Shown one piece after another: positions 51,116 through 58,683 of a DNA stretch of 58,683 bases. Source of the DNA: Negaprion brevirostris (taxonomy: Eukaryota); contig JARDVH010000157.1 of the NCBI GenBank assembly GCA_030324005.1, positions 13,993,685-14,052,367 on the forward strand, given 5' to 3'. The notes beneath the pieces are model-generated. The model saw nothing but the letters and a program-made list of their open reading frames with translations. It ran no database searches and was not told the DNA's origin. Numbering within the stretch: position 1 is the first letter of the stretch; every line of letters begins with the position of its first letter. The position numbers and the translations under genes are program-made.

Positions 51116-52184
51116 AAAAGACGAAAAATGGCCTCCTTCTATGCTGGAAATTTCTATAGAGGTACTATCAAGTATCAGTTTATGAAAGAGNNNNGTTCTG
51201 TAATGGAAAATTTCTTAGCACAAACTATAATCAAATTAATACTCTGTACTTCTTTCCTGACGTAAAACAAAATTAAAGGGCATTGAATCAGTGCAGGTGA
51301 AAGAGAGTTTGGAAAATGCTGCCTGCAATTAAAGGGTTACGTTGTGCAGTAGAATCAAAGCAACGTGGGAATTTAGAATTTCATGAATGTTACTGGTAAA
51401 CATGTATACTGTATTGTACATTAATCCAGTTGCATTTAATTGAGGGTTCCTTAGTCCGACTCCAGAAGCCTACTGTATAAAAATAAATATCCGGGAGCAC
51501 TTTATGTCTATAGATTTATAGTGCATGCTCCTCATTTGCTACCAGCTGCTGCTTAACCTAGCCAGATTAACAAATGCTAACATTTGGCTGTCTGTCTGTT
51601 AGTTTTAAATTGAAACAAAATTGCCCAGTTGCACAATTATGGTTTGCTGCACCGGTAGTTGGTTTAGAATGAAACTAGTATTCAGTGCCTGATGTATAAT
51701 TCAGCAAATTATCATTCATTTATGGTATTAAAAAAAAAACACCATTTTAAATGAAAGATGCAGGCTTTATATAGTGTGACCACAACATCCTGTTTTACAG
51801 TAAGCGCACTTATAGTTTAGTGACATTTCCTTTATGGGTAATTATGGACAGGAATGTTTGTGTGTTTCATATTGATCTGTTTTAATGAATAGCTGGTGGC
51901 AGGCGTCCAGAACCCCCACTCCCTCCAGCCCTAAACCAGTCATGATATTGGAATGTCTGGTACATGAAGGCAAAGTAAAGCTTGTCTGGGAAAGTACTGT
52001 ATTTTCTCTGGGGCATTAGAAAAGTTCTTTACAGCTTTGAACCGTCCATTAAAATTCATGGCTATGGCCTTATTGGTTTATCTTGGATTTTATGTGTGCA
52101 GATTTATACGTTTACATAGGCTAATTTAGGTTACCAGATGGAGGAATAAAGTTTAGTCTGTTTACTTTTGCAAGTACTGTGCGC

Positions 52185-52540
52185 AACTTTCAGTGCAGCA
52201 ACTCCGAAATGAATTGTGTGAACTATACCAATACAGACACTGTTAGAAACCTTCCTCTGACTAACTCAAGTTAGCCTCCTTAAAGGAACCCCTGAATTTG
52301 GTGCATTTACTGCATTTGATGCATTGACTCCTCAGATACTGTAGCAGTCTGTGTCCATATGCAGCAAGACCTCAACTACGTTCAGGCTTGGGCTGATAAG
52401 TGGCCAGTAACCTTTGTGCTGCACAAGTGCCAGACAATGACTATCTCCAACAAAAGAGAATCTAACCGTTGATGAGGAATGGAACTGGACCAGCCATATA
52501 AATAATGTGGCTGCAAGAGCAGGTCAGGAGCTGGGATTCC
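52185..52540 (+). repeat. Direct duplicate of 50214-50555 (non-LINE segment plus LINE fragment)
   Basis: GTGAACTATACCAATA..CACTGTTAGAAACCTTCCT.TGACTAACTCAAGTTAGCCTCCTTAA shared, continuing into the same LINE junction. Confidence 0.92.
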
Positions 52541-54644
52541 ATGAATAGGTGCCATCATTGTAATTCACCACATGGGGTCTGGTCTGCTCTGTGGGGATGC
52601 GTTAAACTCGAATGTATCCTTGGAACACAGCCTATTTTGCTTCCTTCATCACTTGCACCCTGTTATGGTGTACTAGAAAATAGAACATCCATTAGTGGGG
52701 TGAAAAAAACGAGGCTGACCGCTAATTCTAATAACATGTCATCAAGTATATATAAAAATATAATTTTGGGGGCTGAAAAAAATGGTGTCGTCTTGTATAC
52801 CAGTTCAATTGTACACCGAAATCTATGGCAGTTTTTCCCTCGTGGATCCTTAATTTTAATGATATACATCTTATTTCTTCCTAAAAACTAAAACAAGAAG
52901 TCATATTGATCTACAAAAGAATCTTTCGTAGATTTCCTGTTTGACCAGTTCCCACCCACCTAGAAAGAACTTTCATTGGTTGTATGTGTAAACAGAGAGT
53001 GATAACCAGAAAGGATAATCAGCATACTGGATAAATGGCTGTTATGAATAAGCCGCTGGATTTTGGTCAAGGATCAGGTCTATGCGATGTTGACTGTTTC
53101 TTAGCTATGTCACCAAGCCAAAAGTATGAAAAATACAAATATTTCATTACTTGGACTAGCAAATGGAATTGCCAGTTCTGCAGCTGTTGTAAGTGCCAAG
53201 TCATTTCCAGGGATTAAAAGAGTAAGCATAATGGCATTGAAATTGGACCCTGTTTTACAGACAGGAAATGATTACAAGAACCAATTTGTATTGTCCCAAA
53301 GAGCATCTGAAGTTGGGTCAGCTGCTTTTACAGCCCACTCTGACTGATATTTAAAATTAGCGTTAGGCCCCTTATACAGGTATATGAGGGGCCTAATGCC
53401 TGTTTTAATCTATTTCACCAATATTCTATATTGTGAAACTGGATCCAGGCCTGCTGTCCTCAGGATTTTTAAGCAGTCGTTAGGCAACAGCCATCAAGAG
53501 GTAAATGTTTTGTTAATCATTGTTGTCGGACCAGAATAAACAGGGTTTCCTCTGGAGTGCTGTACCAGTTCCACAGTATACACAGTATCGCATGTCCCCT
53601 TCTACTTGTGACCTGAAATTAATTTCTTCAGTTGGGCAAGCTGTCTGGAGGCGCAAGAAGCTCCAGTAGATGCCTTTATTAATATTAAAATCAGGCCTCA
53701 TGTCTCCTAATTTATCACCGCCTTCAGACCAAAATTTGGTGCCAGTGAGCTTAGACCTCAATGTGCGTTAAGTTCTATAAAGTTTGGTTGCTTAGAGGTG
53801 AGGAACAGGTCAGTCTGCACTTGTTAATGTGGTTTTGTTGAATGAAATGTATTGTCTGGTTTCAGAGTAACTGACCAGACAGTCTCTATAAACAGTCTAC
53901 GTTTTATGGTTGGATAGCAAAGTTCATTTTGATTTGTAAAGAACCGTCTGGTTAGTAAGTATAGTTGCTGCATTGAAACGCACAGCCTTTGAGGAAGTGG
54001 TACTGATTGGAGTTCTGATTCTGAAATGAAGAATATTTATGTGACACATTTAAGAACCATAATGTATTTTTTTTAAAATTCACAGTCCTGTCATCCATGC
54101 ACATGTGCATTATGAATAAATTAATTTTCCTGTAAACAGTGTTATTCCACAGAAATATTTTAAAGATCTCTCTGTAGTCTTGCTTCCAAATAAAAACTTC
54201 CTGCCATATTCTTAATCTACACAAATGTTTTAAGTTATCAAGATTTGTAATTACATGGGATTGCATTTTATCTGATAAAGCAACTAAAGAAATGTTGTCA
54301 CACAAATATTATCAAATTATTCGAGCATCAATTAAAGTTTTAATAATTATTAATTAAAAGTCATGCCTTGGCAAACTTTAAAAACAAGAAACAAATAATA
54401 GTCACCAAAAGCAAGATTTTTAACTTTAGATACATATGTGACTTTTCAATGTTATGTCTCCCTAGAAATTAGCATTCTCCATCCATAAAATCACTATAAC
54501 TCCCATCTCTTTTTTGCCCCCAAATGAGTGAAGTATAATTAAAATTAGTCACAAGAAAAGGTCATTCACTCCCATTTAGCTCACTTCATTTTGTCAAGCT
54601 TTCTGTCAGACCCTGTGACCATTTACAGCACTTTTGTGCAAAGC

Positions 54645-55045
54645 ACTCCCTATAGAACTGCTCCTCATCATCCTTCTTGATCTTTTCTGCAGGCTTTGAC
54701 ACAAGTGGTTACATGTTTCTCTTTTAATATCTTCTTTCCATTGTCCAACTCTTTGTGAAATTGGTTCATACCTTTCTAATTACAACCAGAGCATCCCGAG
54801 CAATCTTCCCAACACCACACTTTCACATCTTGAGTTCCCCAAGCATCCATTCCTGGCTTCCTACTGTTCCTCATCCACCTTCTACCCCGTTGTGATATTA
54901 TCCACTGCCATTGTGCCAGCTTCCACATATTTGCTGAAATTCTGCTCTGACTTCTTAACCACCTGTCTTGACTTCCTCTGATGCCCTCTTGTTGTCAGAC
55001 TGCTCACCAGTCTGGCATGAGCCATAGCTTCTCCCTAGCTAAATT
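54645..55045 (+). mobile_element. L2 LINE RT relic
   Basis: LLIILLD..AGFDT...VPQASIPGFLLFLIHLLP..DIIH..SFHIFAE, matching L2 LDLSAAFDT / GVPQGSILGP / FHxYADD. Confidence 0.75.
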
Positions 55046-55105
55046 TTTCGGTAGCAAATGGGGAGCAACTTAAGTGTTTGAAATATAAAATATACAAAAT
55101 ATAAA

Positions 55106-56374
55106 GGCCTGGATTTTCATCATTAAGGTGTGTGGCAGGAGTGGAGAAAATTCCTGGCTCAGTCCACTTGCCACAGGAGAGAATGCCCTCAAGNNNNNNN
55201 NNNGGACAGGATTTTCACAGGTGGTAGGGGTGGGTTATGGATTCAGGGAGACATTTGGAGACAGCCACAGGGTTACCAGCTTGGTGGCCGAGTTATGATA
55301 AAAACAAGCCCTTCAGCTCTCATCCCTTCACCTACCACATACCTCATGTCCCACACCCATTTTGTGTGCATCCCCAGGCCAAGCTCCCATCCGCCACAAC
55401 CCTCTGTAGCCTCATTCCCTTCACCATCTATGCATCTGCTATCCCCTATTGAAGCAAAGAACATTGAAGTGACAGTAGGAGTTTTAAAAAACTAAAACAA
55501 AATACTTATTCATAACTTTTCATTTTCTTTATATAAAAGAGTTATTTTTACTACAGCCCAGGAGATCAGAGAGCCAGAGCTGTTAAATATGTAATGTTTT
55601 CACTGGGGACAGGAGTTTCAAAGTCTAAGGATGTCTGAGCTTTCAGCCAAGAATACAGAATGAGGCTTGACTGAGAGCCCAGAAATCCATTAACCTATTG
55701 GAACACCTGAGTCCAGGGAAAATATTGCTTGATTGGTGGCTCTGGTTACCTGATCTATGCTGTTAATTTCACAACGTTTAGTTACACAAGGTAGAGGTTT
55801 CAAGTGCTTGCAGTTTTAGCTTTTGAAACTGCTAACTGGTCTGAACGATTGACACTTTTATTAGACAGTAGTAAAAATGAGTCTTTTAAGAAATGGAAAG
55901 CTATCATTGAATGGCTTTATCTTTTTTTCTTTAAACATACTACTGTTGCTATATAGTTCATTGATTCTGTGCTGTGCATAGTGGGTGAATGGGCATGGAA
56001 GTGCCATACATAGGCATGGGGGCATGTTGAGCCATAGGAGGTGGGTGGGAGGCACACCTTGATATAGGGGACATTTTGAATGTGCCTTTGAAAAGATTAA
56101 CTCATGGAGACTATGGTTCAGAACACCTGTGAACCTCGATTCTTGGCCTCACCTCCTGAAAATTGGATAGAACAAGGATGCCTCATCCCTGAAATGGAAC
56201 AGGCTAGGTTGGGAGTTCAGGATGTCAGCTTGCAACCTGAACCAGCTCACACCCTTTTTAAAGGCACTCCCAAAAATTATAATCCCTGGGAATGATGCAG
56301 AGAATCCCGGAATAGAGATTTGCCTCCATTTGTAAAGGGCTCCCAAGTCATCCAGTTCGGTGAAAATCCAGGCC
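55106..56374. mobile_element. 1.27-kb non-autonomous TIR element (probably PIF/Harbinger-type MITE)
   Basis: Perfect 14-bp TIRs GGCCTGGATTTTCA (55106-55119) and TGAAAATCCAGGCC (56361-56374); AAA on both flanks; internal IR ~55510-55555 vs ~55867-55905. Confidence 0.8.
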
Positions 56375-58004
56375 AAAATATTTTATATGGCAGTTTTAAA
56401 GTTGAATATTATAAAGCACCAAAACAGCCAGTTTGTTGGGCTTTGCAAAAATATGAATTTATGCTGGTAATGTGTATCTAGTTTCACATATTAATTATGT
56501 TCTTGCGCCATTTTCCTTATATTAACCTGTTGCCAGCAAAGATCAGAAAATGTTAGTTTCCCACCCCAGCAACTCAGATCATTTAATTAATGAAGGAACA
56601 TAATGAAGAAACCAGCATTTAAAAGAATTTATTTTGGATAACCTCAGGGATTCAACGGTGACTTGCCATCAAAAGCTAATTTCTATTGCTTTTGTATTTA
56701 TTTAAAATGTAAAAAAAAATTCTGTGGCGCAACTACAGGAAATGGAACAGCACATCTTTGAAAAATTATCTTTATGCCATGGACCAAATTAGATATGCAC
56801 TCAAATTACACTTGAGGGTTTATTTTCTGAAATCTGTGCCTCCTTATTGTGTATCCTCTATACATACTACATATTTCCAATAGAATGCCTCCAGGAAGAC
56901 ATTAACCTACTTCCACGTTTGCATTGCTACTTGTCTTCTGTGTGTTGTTGATCTTATTTTTGCACCTGTGTGGTATTCTATGAAAGAGAATCTTTTTTAA
57001 AAAAATATCTTTACGTGGTCAGAACTTGCAACCATATAGACAAACAGGGAGGGGAGTTTTTCTGTAAATGCCACGGAGCCAATTTTATGAATATGCACCA
57101 TTAGTATGGAGCTTTTCCCAGAGGGAGCATACCTCAGGAAATTGATTTATTTTAATGGATAGAACATCATATTTAGTTCACCCATAGTTTCCTGATAATC
57201 ACTCCTGCCATGTCATGATATCTATCCTTTATAAGCTGAAGCAAATACCCCCCTTAGTATTGAAATGTTTTTTATTTCCTGGGCTACAGGATAAGAAAAA
57301 AAGGGGAGTTCCTGAAACATAGGATTCGCTGTGGTTCAGGCAAATTTCAAGGTGTTTCTATTGCAATCTGTTAATTAAAAATGATTATGACAAAAGAAAT
57401 AGGGCCTAATTTCAAGTATTGCACCTATAATAAAAGATACCCAGCAAGATTCTTTCAATATTTCAGTTTCTATGTAAGGATTTGTAATTGAAGAGTTTTT
57501 TGGCCGCCTTATCATAATTGCAAAGTTTCTTTACCACTGTAACTAATCTATTGTAAATACTTAAAATCGTGCAGCATTATTCCTTCTGTGTAGTATGTTG
57601 CAGGTATACAAGTTCTAGTACTATTACTCCATGTTTCACCAAAAGTCCTTCCATGCAGAGTAAGTTCTCCTGTTTCTTTTGGGAGGGGGGCTCACTTCAA
57701 AACTTATAGGGGTGGTCCTCCGTTTCTATGGGTGAGTTGAGAGAACTTACTTTAAACGCCGATTGGGGCACCTTTAAAGATGGCCCTGCCAGAGTGATGT
57801 CATAAACCATGTCCCCCGGGTTTTCTGTGCCAGAAATTCTGCTCTGAGAACTCAGCTGTGTTCTGGAAAGAAACATGCCAGTTTTCAGTCAGAGCCTGAC
57901 ACTCTTTAAGATTTTGGGAAAATCCTGAACATGGTGTTAAATGTCAGGTGATTTCAAGTTGGAAATAAATGTTTGAAAGTGTGCTCTGGCACACTTTGAA
58001 ACAG

Positions 58005-58056
58005 TGTTGCTCCAGGATGTCCTGAAGATATGATAGGTGCTGTATAAATGCACACT
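58005..58056 (+). mobile_element. L2- or DeuSINE-type 3' tail remnant
   Basis: GGATGTCCTGAAGATATGATAGGTGCTGTATAAATGCA resembles the L2-derived tail ..GGCGCTATATAAATGCA. Confidence 0.45.
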
Positions 58057-58589
58057 GTTTCTGAAGCATAAAACTGTAATGCTAAATGAATGTTTGCACT
58101 CTTTATAGAATGTACAGGCCATAGTTGCATTACTTAATCTAGCTATGGTCAGGCATTGTTTGTTTGTGTATTTCATTCTTTAATCTATGTCTGCCTTTGA
58201 TTATAAATCGATGACTGTCAGGATATAAATATGGGCCTTTGCCTTTGTGACCTGGTGCTGTCTTGTCAGACTTGGCTGTTTTGATTAATGTGAGGAAAAG
58301 AAGATAACATTCAGCTCAACAAAATGCAAAAAGGTGAAGAAGACCAGTGAAGCATTGGAAGAACAAATAGTTTGGTGTTTGATGAATTTGTATTGAGAGA
58401 GACCTTTACAAACACTGAGGCAAAACATGTTCTGATCAAAAATTATCATTAGAAAAAGGGCAAACAGCAGGCTTTGTGTTTCGTGACCAATCACTAGCAC
58501 CCTCACACCCAACTGAGAGTTTTATTGTTTTTGTTAGGCAAAGCTGATGGAGCCACTGGTATGTTGAAACCATGTGCATACCCAAAGTA

Positions 58590-58683
58590 CAGCACAGTAG
58601 CATAGTGGTTAACGCTGCTGCTTCACAGCTCCAGGGTTCTGGGTTCGATTCTCAGCGTGGGTTACTGTCTGTGTGAAGTTTAC
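58590..58683 (+). mobile_element. HE1/V-SINE 5' part (runs off window end)
   Basis: CAGCACAGTAGCATAGTGGTTAACGCTGCTGCTTCACAGCTCCAGGG..GGTTCGATTC. Confidence 0.88.

Noticed and set aside
53360-53400. Hairpin TTAGGCCCCT...AGGGGCCTAA as a possible pre-miRNA or terminator
   Set aside because: Too short, and a similar ATGAGGGGGCCT motif occurs at ~39963, suggesting a MITE internal palindrome
1-58683. Prokaryotic systems (CRISPR arrays, operons, rRNA) or a nameable host gene
   Set aside because: The sequence is vertebrate repeat-rich DNA; no repeat-spacer array, rRNA or recognisable host coding exon was found

Overview
Eukaryotic, AT-rich, repeat-dense DNA from a gappy (N-containing) draft assembly. 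The repeat content (HE1/V-SINEs with CR1-type tails, CR1 LINEs, LF-SINE-like elements, Penelope-type termini) points to a cartilaginous fish (shark or ray); this is an inference from family recognition, not a database hit. No intact host protein-coding gene is recognisable. The listed ORFs are chance ORFs, decayed transposon pieces or N-gap artefacts. The window reads as intronic or intergenic sequence, possibly a long intron of a + strand gene. Main content: one old, structurally complete Gypsy LTR retrotransposon (15801-19837, -), several CR1-clade and L2 LINE relics, about 9 HE1/V-SINE copies with two different tails, LF-SINE-like relics, a tRNA-Ile pseudogene, putative PIF/Harbinger MITEs, and a Penelope-type foldback carrying a minimal hammerhead ribozyme motif. 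Most notable signals: (1) a candidate recursive splice site (TACTAAC, long U-tract, CAG|GTAAGT) at 49419-49492; (2) the hammerhead foldback at 29552-29833; (3) a CR1 whose ORF2 is largely replaced by a ~187-bp-arm hairpin; (4) several local inverted and direct duplications. All alignments were done by eye and repeat boundaries are approximate.
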